From: Candidatus Cloacimonadota bacterium
Lineage (GTDB): Bacteria; Cloacimonadota; Cloacimonadia; G963667145
Direction: 5' to 3'
Assembly: GCA_963676615.1 (NCBI GenBank)
Contig: OY781092.1
Location: 768,001-832,000, forward strand
Length of the DNA: 64,000 nt
A program made the translations under genes and the position numbers. A model generated the notes under the pieces. The model was not told the origin of the DNA. It ran no database searches and saw only the letters and a program-made list of their open reading frames with translations. Every line of letters begins with the position of its first letter. Position 1 is the stretch's first letter. Below, one piece after another: positions 40,601 through 47,104 of this stretch.

Positions 40601-40728
40601 ACCATAAAATTTGGAGAAGCAAGATCTACATTTGGCTCAGAGAAGGTGTTTTCGGACACTTCTGTGCAACCAAAAAAAGCTGTCACACAAAAAATCATCC
40701 AAATTAGCCAATCTCTTTTCCGTCTCAT
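25663..40728 (-). CDS. Giant (~5,021 aa) surface lipoprotein: FN3 domains, about 47 Listeria/Bacteroides (InlB-B/Flg_new) repeats, GH19 chitinase, prealbumin-like domains, degenerate GH18, Ig-like domain, CBM5/12-like module
   Basis: FFGC lipobox; FN3 Y.Y.V.A motifs; repeated GY.F.GW...TLYA.W; KRELAAFLAQ..KETGG / YFGRGPLQLSWN.NYG / AIWFWMTPQ..KPSCH (GH19); YDVVCVAFA / GKKVLIAVG / YGFDGVEIFVQ / WSVDWD (GH18 fold); AW...VHHDGKIY...EPG...AW (ChtBD3-like). Confidence 0.9.
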   Translation of the reverse strand: MRRKRDWLIWMIFCVTAFFGCTEVSENTFSEPNVDLASPNFMVYGHDEYSIDLMWDYVAKAESYEVYRDDVLLKNLNAVSYRDEDLIPGKSYKYKVRAIAGSSKGPFSVERSAKCLAKPSKPEISTIEIISPEEFKVVWNTVLGAEFYRLFRNDSLLTEIDDTVYVDRDLQKGKKYSYKLFAVNSNGESLVSEARELITPKTPEKPQNFMVEFDENRKIFLSWDYEEGVQKYYIYRNNGYIGSTKDAFYLDNRYIPGTEYLYKVKAKNDIGSSGFSDAVFFLALLPPTKPALSIIDYVDIKIVWSDVKGAVRYKVYRGESLLAVTDKKIYEGKQIDFLDTTVGELQTKVYQVSCVNEEGVESQKSPKVSVTTYAFPAHKVYYNSNGGTGLVEDGNSYKKGSSVVVKSADGLSKKASSFSHWSNLADGSGDAIYPGFEIKMGSRDTTLYAIWNWNKYAVSYDANGGVGTVPETQTGVYDQVISLQPKGDLTKQGHRFVGWEDRSGNSVLIYPAESAYKFGDFYLTLYASWEKNSYTISFDSKGGTAVGYVVQLYGSDLVLPADPTKTGFDFGGWFLDADCSTPVVEPYKVEENLTFYAKWIPKDYQISFYVNGGSSINSLPRKFGDAVGVLPEPVRTGYTFVGWFNSAFLENLVQSSDVVENNLTVYAKWAINSYTVNFDSNGGTAVTALSKNYSEQIASLGASEKERYNFEGWYLDAGLSEKVELPYVVEENATFFAKWSKMRFTLSYNANEASSGSCPSASVQDFDLAHTVADYGDLAKKGYSIESWNSQNDGAGNKYFPGDKIVITKNTTLFLIFRINKYKLSFDVDGGDEIAEVVQDFGTSCVLPSPIKTGYNFVRWSTEASGAGSVYSAGENFVFSDKDVVLYANWISKNFVVTFDAKGGNCGVESTVVAYNSIIGNLPEPTKAGYDFGGWYAEESYLSEVEADFVVTKNLIVYAKWNPKFYEMIFDGNGASSQTVSGKYLNNILVPNAPNRVGYDFVSWSENQDGSGSFCNQGDLVAVPLGGAKYFAQWRAKSYTVSFDARGGSSSYEVTKNYGEQIGSFSSPSYTNHIFEGWFTDSTTFSTQVVAPYTVSGDAKFFAKWRKEKFVLSYAKNDADSGEPPASQSLDFDQKFIVKDAGSLSKTGFSFAGWDTKADGSGVRYQQGEQLYLSSNLTLYAIFDVNSYTLSFDAQGGDALAAVKQNFGSSYTLGSASKLGYTFNSWNTKSDGTGARYNAGATYIFAAEDITLYAIWGVNSYTVSFDPKGGSASQNYREVEYNQSVGQLPSAARDGYDFVGWFLEPECVNQVSADYKVKSDVEFYAKWTQKRYSVLFDGNGNGWSNSFEADYLSEVVVPAQQSWAGYIFKSWNTKQDGSGVRYNSGEKIAVPLGGISLYAQWEAIFYNLSYDKNGANLGSAPVDNSSYTIGQNATVLGASSLGKTGHSFVGWDTISAGSGQFQANDKVVFGAKNITLFAIWSVNKYSLSYELNGGSGSLPNAENYDYAQNVGIDDGSGISRVGYSFAGWNTAQDGSGESFSGEISMPAKDLKLYAIWQIKRYTLSYDGNGNSSGAAPSAVVDDYNSYVVVAGASSLQKQGYSFVGWNSKADGTGSDFVEGDGFSLSQDITFYAVWQINFYEISFVENGGSALSSVQKLYDTQITTAPLSVKTGYSLQWCADIALSSPIVFPYSVTADAVWYAKWSPKIYSLVYDKNGGDGTMPVQTFEFLQTKNLSANSFSKIGHAFKNWNTKADGSGASYGDMASYQMNTTGASLYAMWSVNSYKVSFKEADGALIFDSVKQFGLALTLPDYAKEGYDFGGWYDDVSFSGEAVSSYVVGASDDVLYAKLTPKTFVLSYDLNSGQGDVPSSEDVVYGSNFVAKSSDGLSKLGYSFNGWNSKADGSGMQYSQGVSYPIPAKDLRLFAQWKEEGKSVVYSANGADGSVPIDNKGYMQGDLATVKSPTNLSRRGYNFTEWNTNSAGSGASYSPGSSVPISETDITLYAIWDKIDYSVTYFAGSGQGVSGSVPTDLSAYNIGDKIVVKGSGSLAKEGYSFIGWNTSENGDGSDYSENDEIAVDTLDVRLYAQWSINSYLLEYYLNDGSGNLFSSFNHEFDSEVGLLSGAGLSRVGYDFAGWNTQADTLGADYAEDFRMPASEVKLFAKWRKKSFAITYYDNGKTEGAAPVASRGLYQEDVAVADSGTLVRTGYRFAGWSASQNASEVSYAIGSTVNLEHDLALYPVWQINSYKLTYYDNDGTSAKTEVIAEYKSVQNLKDGSKISYAGHKFLKWNTAADGGGIDYTLGFTMPAEDLELYAIWQAINYRVTYDANGAQGAGPEDAADYTIGQKAVVLGEAGLAKAGHTFAGWNSKADTTGVNYSPGDELEVSSDTTLFAKWRIKFYLTAFQEADGSTLLPSKTEVYNSVISLQNPAEKYGYEFAGWYLESDFSGNKLNEASFLVSKNDTLYAKWDTLSFTVTFSWNSAVPNQLITKNYKEFIEESPVGDKIGYSFENWYETADFAGNSVSFPYEIVKNQTLYAKWKIDSFLVEFKDENADGGYQVYSFKKPYQSSVTPPNLEKKGFDFVGWYVAADYSSPKVDFASYKVGAENAEFFAKWEIKQFSLGYDGNGNTGGSAPFGSVYDYGTKVLVADKGDLSYFGKYFVGWYDARDADENILTRENSDSVLIDTSVVLAAKWENENYSVTYYANSEVGVSGSVPVDADAYNYGDEYLVLSKGDLAKVGHKFVGWNTAVDGSGATYAEGSAFYIVADAEFYAVWQVEKYSLSYNVNGGDGDVPAAENYDYDADVAISSGSGISKVGYNFVCWNTKADGSGENYSSDFKMVAKDLALYAKWEKKSYTVSYHADGSTAGAAPSDSSGLFMEKVKIAGGSDLVRTGFSFAGWNSTPEKEIVEYSPLQEINLVQNLDLYPVWIRQNYLLTYYYNDGSGEKEEISHPYGALVTLKNGGTIHRDGYIFNSWNTEADGKGDAQSADFTMPAGNFSLYAIWDTIDYSLTYSANGAASGEAPVDSKEYHFGDSAEVAGNTGGMLKPGYTFVGWNSLADTTGDNYLAGFKIRVVSDTTIYAKWHINSYRIEFRLDEADYGDSVKKFSQFLELPKPVRAHYYFDGWYQTTGYSGDKFTETLVVTEDDTLFGRMLKRSYEVNYQVLKPDGSTIDSALTKEYEQFADFPVVSLANHHLDGWYSAADFSGEKLTDAVQVVADTTYYARFLIDSYLVKIVIEDVDGSKQELDSLKAAGSELFFPNFAAEGKSLHGWWQNSDYTIGKIDAPKMTVLAPDTLFGYWETDSFLVNYYYDFEGATSKEDTLVAYGESLIAPSPSEEYYTLDAWYSDVSYEAAKKIDFDDYKVVAADTLYARWLPKVYDIYRFDGEQILDTLQGDYNTSLQLTPIAKENYDFEGWYFAPSLSPDQKIASEQLVVQGVDSLFGKWTLKNYQLSYFSDKQTAGEPPIAASYPYGEKVAVSSRGSLERSDYVFAGWCFDSAGAGDTLSWDKKDSIFILSDTTLYAMWTPETFQISYNSNGGTGLQVDNSAYVKNDLATVKDAGDLAKTGYIFDGWNTKADGTGAVYQANDQISVSGNVVLYAMWKVWVENLSNLMSETQFNAWFPSRNTGTPADILDKNLFNYSSFEQAASKYPKFLGEGSQEDKKRELAAFLAQSAKETGGSSIDYIQGYYFPKEQNPLSDYVQNSVEYPAVAGKAYFGRGPLQLSWNGNYGQASQAIYGDKSVLLENPDKLFEDPVAFWESAIWFWMTPQGKKPSCHAAIIGGWDAPTSLSKKEQVYNRLFVGYGLTINIINGELEAGNAENNPTRVADADAKVESRVGFYNHFCANLGVEPGENTDCENAYPFNNLQVLPDGYGFPIEGEIVDYSSEPFQGFPAELYKSSDNSLVSSAISDKNGEFVLNAEVGDYYLKLDLSKFEVYKADFSHQYKGDENIPVEVIEGVARLPKLAVSYIGPALKITGNVATSAGTPVAGVVVEASGDFAQSVQTDAAGNYAFDDVTAGASVVISCAKDGYSIESKSGESPFVVDIVRDENVDFVATNFAKPNIVADKIFTYFYDGEFLASEEISMGVGFNSGAIYDFVSGGAKAFAGQSGKEIYTDAKNFNGDYLTYGRISASGGEYDYKYFVNSHKLSSGLKVESEDVILPFYSDASVNKAITVRARNSVTWQDLAGVTIKVTDASGNSYGGLTDANGVAIVNGLSNGRNYTVEALQPGAEFYPAKQYLQFNEFADLQVFGAVSGDYAILSFVVNGGSAVEPITGASPYTVASLPTPSKANRVFDGWYLDNGLYNPVILPLTISQSKTVYAKWDYVRRNIRFDVNGGQEIADMQVIKDSLMESPEAVRQGYDLEGWYSDASLSTKISFPFAPTGDMTMYAKWAAKSYSLNYYANGGSGTVPPDGNYAFDQEVVLPAAAGLSKSGYNFVGWNTKNDGSGINLMPGESFRMASNTSLYANWQQINASVAGKMVAGYWYGGNLGVVWDDGTSVQSVDVPFSDFANPSSPAYEYDVVCVAFAIPQTNGSSVASFAAPAGFSKATVQAAQATGKKVLIAVGDTTQGLHFSIANSSEKDAFVASLKTIIGNYGFDGVEIFVQARLADNQVLVDNYSYLDEACAELVDYYRGGSDPDFMFTASPEIPMCKAPNFYYGWLNDEEIKSRIDYVAPKLYNQRSWAVNVGGSEISVDNTSFADFAVACTRAFTGEDANYPSYDLDKFVVNIAANKYAADAISEDESPMRGYALDESQLKRVWNNLGSLNKKPRGFAAWSVDWDAKGSWEFVESATQAIVEEVHFGFATGKEMLEVYYNFEAQDALELINAFGTGGNAKMEIVSGKLPQGMSMSYNGVISGKSTELGVHKIKVKASYSSYEDYYDYEVRVLNIPAWVSSSKMIEVGGYVHHDGKIYRGLAGNMTNEPGVVDWAWEYVTDYVAPSNRVLYNVNGGIGSQEDATIYASGQTVTVKNQNDMSKEGYVFAGWNTSPDGSGTSYGVGSTFTFDQPIVLYAMWEKI

Positions 40729-40775
40729 TTTCTCTCCAATTTTTTTTGCAGTTATACACCACACCCATTATGTTG

Positions 40776-40804
40776 AAAATATCCAAATAAAGAGAAAATG
40801 TCAA
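40776..40804 (-). promoter_or_regulatory. Putative sigma70 promoter of the giant-protein gene
   Basis: Minus-strand TTGACA (40804-40799), 17-bp spacer, TATTTT (40781-40776). Confidence 0.5.
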
Positions 40805-40837
40805 GCAAATAAATCGCTTAATTACTATAAAATTCAA

Positions 40838-40866
40838 TAAAAAAGCCGCAAAAAAAATCTGCGGCT
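40838..40866 (-). terminator. Intrinsic terminator after the M30 peptidase gene
   Basis: agccgca...tgcggct stem next to an A-run (U-run on the minus strand). Confidence 0.7.
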
Positions 40867-40888
40867 AAATTTTTTACTTTTTTTTAAT

Positions 40889-42526
40889 TTACTTCGCCAC
40901 CACGGTTAATCTCAAATCTTCGTCCTGCATCATAATTTCAAAAGAGTAGCTTCCCGCAGGCAACCCTTCTTTTACCAAATAGTACTTATTCGCCAAAGGC
41001 TTAATGTATTCTATATCGTTCAAACTGAATACTTTAGGCTCACTATTTTGAAAAGCGTAGGCGTCTATATTAACAAGAGAGTAATCAACTCCATTTAAAC
41101 TGCTTGTAGTATCCGCATTATAATCAAAATCCCCACTGCTAACGCTTTTATCTGACAGCAAATACGCCGCAGCCCAATTTCGCATCAAAGTAACAAAATT
41201 TCCCCCCGTCGCCTGCTCAATTGCGTCTGTGGAGCTTTTGCCCTGGTCATAAATTTCTTTGACGAAATTGGCACCATCAAACTGTCGCAGAAGATATGAG
41301 CCAAACCCATAATTGATTGCGTAATACCGAGTATCGCTCTCCCATCTGCCCAAAGAATAATCGTCGTTTTCGTTTAACTCCACAAAGCGAGAATAGTATG
41401 GCGACGAGTAATAATTCCCATAAATGTTATAAGCCACCAAATCTTCGATGCTCATCGAAAGCATCTCGTTGAGCCAAGTCGCCTCATAAACATCTCTTAA
41501 AACAACAAGTTGATAAAAATTTATCATATGCTGAAACTCGTGCGCCAGAGTGGATATCATCTCTCGTGGATAAGGGTCGTCCACTTTCCAGCCAGAATCT
41601 CCGTCATCTGCATTTGCATAAATAAGCGCATCAATATAAAACATCACTCGCTGGTTTGAATATGTCTCTGTAGCGGTAGTAAAACAGTTCCCAGACCAAA
41701 AATAACCGAGCACACCGCCAGTTGTCTCGTTGTCATCTTCAATATCGCAAAGCAAAATATCTATCGGCTGATTATCTCCAATCAAATTTGAGTATTTATG
41801 CTCACCCCACTCTTTGCCACAAATATTGGTCACCCAATCGTAAATATCGTTGTTTTCCCCAGACTTCAAAAACTTTTCCGCCATCGTATCCACCATATCT
41901 TGAGTTATCAACTTAGGTTTTGAGCCGCCACTATGCCAACAGTTATCTGCCACCCAAATATTAAGAGTTTTTTGACCAAATTTTGTAGTAACATTAGACA
42001 CAATTTTGCGACAATGAGAGGCAACCTGGCGAACCCCTTCGGCAACTTCCCAGAATTTTTCGAACTCTCCCACAGAAGCCGAAGCCATAACGCTAGATTT
42101 CAAAATATTTTTAGCCAATTTTCTGTCCGCTTTGCTCAACTTGCCCACCGCTGGCAAAACTGGATCGACAAAATTTGACCTAAAGCCTGCCGAACTTTTC
42201 GACATCAACAAATTAAGATTTTGGCTAAACGCTATATCGCTGCTACTCACAGAGTAATCTTCCGCATCCACTCTAGCAGCGGCGTTAGCGTTCGTAAAAA
42301 CGAAATAGAGATCGCTTTGCGACTGAAGATTTAGCTTCAAATTTATCTTTTTGCTACCTTTGCTATCCACCAAAAGAGCGTCTGGAATGACCAAACTCAA
42401 ATCATCGTTAATTTCGGAATCTGAATCCGAATCGCCCTCGAAAAACGAACACCCAAGCGCAAGCAAAATCAGAGCAACAGCCAAACCGTTTCTAAAAATT
42501 TTCACAAAACTTCTTTTTTTAAACAT
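40889..42526 (-). CDS. M30 (hyicolysin)-like zinc metallopeptidase lipoprotein
   Basis: ALGC lipobox, GYFWSGN, STLAHEFQHMINF and downstream WLNEMLS third ligand. Start overlaps the guaB stop. Confidence 0.85.
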   Translation of the reverse strand: MFKKRSFVKIFRNGLAVALILLALGCSFFEGDSDSDSEINDDLSLVIPDALLVDSKGSKKINLKLNLQSQSDLYFVFTNANAAARVDAEDYSVSSSDIAFSQNLNLLMSKSSAGFRSNFVDPVLPAVGKLSKADRKLAKNILKSSVMASASVGEFEKFWEVAEGVRQVASHCRKIVSNVTTKFGQKTLNIWVADNCWHSGGSKPKLITQDMVDTMAEKFLKSGENNDIYDWVTNICGKEWGEHKYSNLIGDNQPIDILLCDIEDDNETTGGVLGYFWSGNCFTTATETYSNQRVMFYIDALIYANADDGDSGWKVDDPYPREMISTLAHEFQHMINFYQLVVLRDVYEATWLNEMLSMSIEDLVAYNIYGNYYSSPYYSRFVELNENDDYSLGRWESDTRYYAINYGFGSYLLRQFDGANFVKEIYDQGKSSTDAIEQATGGNFVTLMRNWAAAYLLSDKSVSSGDFDYNADTTSSLNGVDYSLVNIDAYAFQNSEPKVFSLNDIEYIKPLANKYYLVKEGLPAGSYSFEIMMQDEDLRLTVVAK

Positions 42527-43976
42527 TATAATTCGGCGCTTGCTTGGAGATGCTCACGCTGTGCGGATGCGACTCGCTTAGTCCTGCCGAAGTTATCTTT
42601 ACCAACTGCGCATTTTTTTGCAGCTCTTTGATATTTTGCGAGCCCGTATAGCCCATTCCAGCGCGGATGCCTCCGACCAACTGAAAAAGCACATCGCCCG
42701 CTTTTCCTTTGAACGCGACTTTACCCTCTATCCCTTCTGGGACGAGTTTTCGATCGCCTGCCTCCGCCTGAAAATATCTGTCTTTGCTACCTCTTTTCAT
42801 CGCTGCAAGAGAACCCATTCCCACATAAACCTTGTAGCGTCTGCCGTCCAAAAGAATCTCCTCGCCTGGCGTTTCCGAAGTCCCAGCCAGCAAGCTGCCA
42901 AGCATACAAACATCAGCCCCTGCCACCAAAGCTTTCACCACATCGCCCGAAAATTTGAGCCCGCCGTCGGCAATCACAGGAATGTTATGCTTTTTGGCGA
43001 CTTCGTAAACATCCATAATCGCCGTCACCTGCGGCACTCCGACGCCCGCAACCACGCGAGTTGTGCAGATAGAGCCCGGACCGATGCCCACTTTCAGGGC
43101 GCTAGCTCCCGCATCGATCAAACTTTTCGCCGCTTCGCCCGTGGCAATATTTCCGCCGATAATCCCCAAATCGGGAAACTCCCTGCGAATCTGCTTTATC
43201 AAATTTATCACGCCCAAAGAGTGTCCGTGCGCCGAATCGATCGCCACCACATCAACCCCCACATCCACTAACGCCCGCAACCGCTGGATGCTGTCGACAC
43301 TCACGCCAATAGACGCCCCGCAACGCAAACGCCCTTGCTCGTCCTTGCAAGCGCGCGGAAACTGTATCGCCTTGTCAATATCTTTAATCGTAATCAACCC
43401 AACGAGCTGGTCGTCGTCGCTCACAATCGGCAACTTCTCGATGCGATGCTCGCAAAGAATCTCCTTCGCCTGCTCCAGCGTCGTGCCCACTTTGCCCAAA
43501 ATCAGCCTCCCACGCGGCGTCATAAACTTACTAACTTTCGTATCGTCGAGCTTTCTGAACTTCAAATCCCGATTGGTAAAAATCCCCAAAATCTTATTTT
43601 GCGCGTCAACCACAGGCAATCCCGAAATTTTGAACTTGGCAAAAGTCGCCTCCGCCTCTTGCAATGTGGAATCTTCCGACAAAGTAATCGGCGAAACAAT
43701 CATTCCGTTCTCACACCTTTTGACCTTTTCCACCTCCATCGCCTGCTTGTGAATGCTCAAATTTTTGTGAATAAATCCAAGACCGCCCTCGCGCGCCATA
43801 GCAATAGCCAGCTCCGCCTCCGTAATCGTGTCCATCGCCGCACTCACCAGCGGAATATTCAACCGAATATCTTTGGTAATGAAAGTCGAAACATCCACGC
43901 CAGACGGCAAAATTTGCGACTCCCGCGGAATCACCAAAACATCATCGAAAGTCAAACCTTCGCCCACAATCTTCAT
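42519..43976 (-). CDS. guaB: IMP dehydrogenase
   Basis: LTFDDVL, SAAMDT, CBS pair, [26 protein letters not shown]. Confidence 0.98.
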   Translation of the reverse strand: MKIVGEGLTFDDVLVIPRESQILPSGVDVSTFITKDIRLNIPLVSAAMDTITEAELAIAMAREGGLGFIHKNLSIHKQAMEVEKVKRCENGMIVSPITLSEDSTLQEAEATFAKFKISGLPVVDAQNKILGIFTNRDLKFRKLDDTKVSKFMTPRGRLILGKVGTTLEQAKEILCEHRIEKLPIVSDDDQLVGLITIKDIDKAIQFPRACKDEQGRLRCGASIGVSVDSIQRLRALVDVGVDVVAIDSAHGHSLGVINLIKQIRREFPDLGIIGGNIATGEAAKSLIDAGASALKVGIGPGSICTTRVVAGVGVPQVTAIMDVYEVAKKHNIPVIADGGLKFSGDVVKALVAGADVCMLGSLLAGTSETPGEEILLDGRRYKVYVGMGSLAAMKRGSKDRYFQAEAGDRKLVPEGIEGKVAFKGKAGDVLFQLVGGIRAGMGYTGSQNIKELQKNAQLVKITSAGLSESHPHSVSISKQAPNYNV

Positions 43977-43992
43977 CGTCTCCCCCTTTTTT

Positions 43993-45525
43993 TCATTCCC
44001 ACTCTATCGTGGCTGGCGGCTTGCTAGAAATATCGTAAACAACCCTGTTAATCCCCCGCACTTGGTTGATAATCTTCGCCGAGACATCCTCCAAAAAATC
44101 GTAGGGCAACCTCGACCAAGTAGCCGTCATAAAATCGCTGGTCTTTACGCAACGAATCACAGCGGTATATTCGTAGGTTCGCACATCGCCCATAACGCCC
44201 ACGGACTTCACCGGCAAAAGCGCCACAAACGCCTGCGACACAACATCATACAGCCCTTTATCCAAAAGTTCGCTCACCAAAATATCGTCCGCTTTTCGCA
44301 AAATATCGCACTTCTCTTTGCTCACTTCGCCCAAAATCCGAATGCCCAAACCAGGACCAGGAAACGGGTGCCGTTGCACCATCTTTTGCGGAATTCCCAA
44401 CAAAATCCCCAGCTTTCGCACCTCATCTTTGAAAAGCTCCCGCAGCGGCTCCAGCACCTGCAGATTCATCCGCTCTGGCAAACCGCCAACATTGTGATGG
44501 CTCTTTATCGTCATCGACGGACCCTGCACCGAAACCGACTCGATCACATCAGGATAAATCGTCCCTTGTCCCAAAAACTTTGCGCCCTCAACCTTTTTCG
44601 CCTCTCTCTGAAAAATCTCCACGAACAATTTTCCGATAATCTTCCGCTTTTCCTCTGGATCGCTCACGCCGCGCAACTCTCTCAAAAACTCCGCTTCCGC
44701 CTGCACATAATTTATCGCCATCCGAAAATTTTCTTGGTAACTCTTTTGAACTTTTTGCATCTCGTTCAACCGCAAAAGCCCCGTGTCCACAAAAATGCAA
44801 ATCAAATTTTTGCCGATAGCTCGACTGATAATCGCCGCCGCAACAGACGAATCCACACCACCAGAAAGCCCAAGCACCACCTTGTTTTCGCCCACAATCT
44901 GCCGAATTTCCGCAACGCTTTTTTCGATATAATCGTCGATACTCCAATTTTTTTGGGCACCACAAATATCAAACACAAAATTTTGCAAAATCTTGGAGCC
45001 AAACTCCGAATGAGTAACCTCGGGATGAAATTGGAGATTGTAAATCTTGCGGCGCTCGTCTTCCAGAGCCGCCACACAAGAATCGGTTGTGGCAATCGGC
45101 ACAAAACCGTCGGCAAAAACGCTCACTTTGTCGCCGTGGCTCATCCAAATCGTCGAACTCCTAGGCACTCCCGCCAAAAGCGCAGAACTCAACCCCAGCA
45201 GCATCTGCGCCTTGCCGAACTCCCGTTTGCCCGCTTTTTCCACTTTGCCGCCAAGCAGCTGCTGCGTCAGTTGCATCCCATAGCAAATCCCCAAAACAGG
45301 AACGCCAAGCTCAAAAATTTTTTCGGAAATTTTGGGAGAATTTTCTTCATAAACAGAAGCAGGACCGCCCGACAAAATAACGCCCACTGGCTTTTTGCGC
45401 AAAATCTCTTCCAAAGAAACAGAATACGGCAAAATCTCGGCATAAACGCCCAATTCACGCACTCTTCTGGCAATCAGCTGATTATATTGCGAACCAAAAT
45501 CGAGGATTATCACGCCATTTTGCAT
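43993..45525 (-). CDS. guaA: GMP synthase (glutamine-hydrolysing)
   Basis: [44 protein letters not shown]. Confidence 0.98.
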   Translation of the reverse strand: MQNGVIILDFGSQYNQLIARRVRELGVYAEILPYSVSLEEILRKKPVGVILSGGPASVYEENSPKISEKIFELGVPVLGICYGMQLTQQLLGGKVEKAGKREFGKAQMLLGLSSALLAGVPRSSTIWMSHGDKVSVFADGFVPIATTDSCVAALEDERRKIYNLQFHPEVTHSEFGSKILQNFVFDICGAQKNWSIDDYIEKSVAEIRQIVGENKVVLGLSGGVDSSVAAAIISRAIGKNLICIFVDTGLLRLNEMQKVQKSYQENFRMAINYVQAEAEFLRELRGVSDPEEKRKIIGKLFVEIFQREAKKVEGAKFLGQGTIYPDVIESVSVQGPSMTIKSHHNVGGLPERMNLQVLEPLRELFKDEVRKLGILLGIPQKMVQRHPFPGPGLGIRILGEVSKEKCDILRKADDILVSELLDKGLYDVVSQAFVALLPVKSVGVMGDVRTYEYTAVIRCVKTSDFMTATWSRLPYDFLEDVSAKIINQVRGINRVVYDISSKPPATIEWE

Positions 45526-45588
45526 CGCATCTCCCTATTTTTTTTGCTTATCGGATTTTACCTGTTTGCCACATCGAACAAAGCCGCA

Positions 45589-46002
45589 CTACTTCTGCAA
45601 CTCGCTCGCTTTTTTGGCAAAAAAATCCGCTTTACCTTTTTCGCCAGTTTTGGTATAAATCTTTGCCAGCAAATCGTAAGCTTCTGCCTTTTTCGGCAAA
45701 AAATATTCGGCATAAAACTGCAAATATTTCACCGCTCTATCGGCGTTATAGTTTTCAAAAGCGCTCTTGCCAGCGCTAAAAATCGCCTCTTCCAGCTTCT
45801 GCTGCTCGGGAATATCCGCATCGCTGTCAAACTTTGCTTGCATCTTCTTCAAAACAGCATACGCCTGCAAATAATCTTCGTCCAAAATGCACTGTTTATA
45901 CTGCTTGGAATAAAACTCTTTCTGCGCCTGAAAATCTATCTCTTGCCCAAATAAAGCCGCAAAAAAAAGCAAAAAACCAACCACAAATCTAAATTTTTTC
46001 AT
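45589..46002 (-). CDS. Secreted TPR-like hypothetical protein
   Basis: Signal peptide and helical A/Y pattern (AEAYDLLAKIY...GEKGKA). Confidence 0.6.
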   Translation of the reverse strand: MKKFRFVVGFLLFFAALFGQEIDFQAQKEFYSKQYKQCILDEDYLQAYAVLKKMQAKFDSDADIPEQQKLEEAIFSAGKSAFENYNADRAVKYLQFYAEYFLPKKAEAYDLLAKIYTKTGEKGKADFFAKKASELQK

Positions 46003-47098
46003 AATCTTTTTTAAACTTCAACACTCCGTTTAATATCGCCCGCACAAATTTTTCTTGATAATTGTCCGAATTTAGCTGCTTCTCTTGCGTCGGATTGGAA
46101 ATAAAGCCCAATTCAACCAAAATCGCTGGCATAAAAGCGCCCTTCAGCACATAAAAAGGACCCTGCTTCACACCTCTATCGTTAAAGCCCGTGAGGCTGA
46201 CCATCTGCTCCTGCACGCAATGCGCCAAATCGTTACTCGCCAGCAGATGCTCCGACAAAGCCATATCTTTGAGCACAAAATCCAAATCGTTGTAATGCGC
46301 CAAAGCCGACGCGCCCTCGTATTTGCTCACCACCGAGTTCTCCACGGCGATAGCCTCTTGCACCCGCTTGTCCGTCACTTTTGATGTCGAGAGGATAAAC
46401 ACCTCCGTGCCCTTTCGGCTCTTCTGCCGCGAGGCGTTGCAATGTATCGAAATAAACAAATCCGCCTTGTAGTCGTTCGCCAGTTGCGCTCGTTTGCGCA
46501 GCTCCACAAACTCGTCCTTGTTGCGAGTCAGCAAAACATTTATCCCGTTTCGAGCCAACGCTTTAGCCAGCTTTTGTGCAATCTGCAAAGTCAAAACTTT
46601 TTCGTAAGAGTTTTTGCCAACAGCGCCTGGGTCTTTTCCACCGTGTCCTGCGTCAATAACCACCATATCGATTTTCGACGACTGAAAAGTGCTCTCCGAG
46701 GCAACAATCTCGCCCTTGTCTTCGTCGTAAGCAAACTGCGTATTAAATTTCGGCAAAATCATCCCCAAAGTTACCAGAGGCAAGTAGTATTTTCCGTCAA
46801 TCACCCGCAGCGGATACGAAAAATTGTAGATATCTTCGTCCAAAATCACATAGCTGGCGCTAATCAAAAAAGTAAGTTTCTGCTTATTAAAGCCCAAAGT
46901 CAAATTATTTTCCAAAATATTTTCATCAATTTGCACATCAAAAAGCTTTTTCAGCTCGTAAACATTGTAATAATCGACCTCGTCAATTTTTTTCGTGTTA
47001 AACTCCTCACCTTGCGAAGAGTTGGAATAGACCACTTTTATCGCCGGCAAAAACGCAATCCATAACAAAAAACCAAAAAATAAACAAACCTTTTTCAT
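45989..47098 (-). CDS. N-acetylmuramoyl-L-alanine amidase (Amidase_3)
   Basis: IDAGHGGKDPGA, FISIHCNAS, PAILVELGFISN and a signal peptide. Confidence 0.93.
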   Translation of the reverse strand: MKKVCLFFGFLLWIAFLPAIKVVYSNSSQGEEFNTKKIDEVDYYNVYELKKLFDVQIDENILENNLTLGFNKQKLTFLISASYVILDEDIYNFSYPLRVIDGKYYLPLVTLGMILPKFNTQFAYDEDKGEIVASESTFQSSKIDMVVIDAGHGGKDPGAVGKNSYEKVLTLQIAQKLAKALARNGINVLLTRNKDEFVELRKRAQLANDYKADLFISIHCNASRQKSRKGTEVFILSTSKVTDKRVQEAIAVENSVVSKYEGASALAHYNDLDFVLKDMALSEHLLASNDLAHCVQEQMVSLTGFNDRGVKQGPFYVLKGAFMPAILVELGFISNPTQEKQLNSDNYQEKFVRAILNGVLKFKKDYEKI

Positions 47099-47104
47099 AA
47101 AAAT

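Noticed and set aside
25663..40764. Giant ORF as an assembly artefact or a fusion of separate genes
   Set aside because: It is a single uninterrupted frame with diverged, non-identical repeats and a coherent anchor-stalk-head order. Read mapping would confirm.
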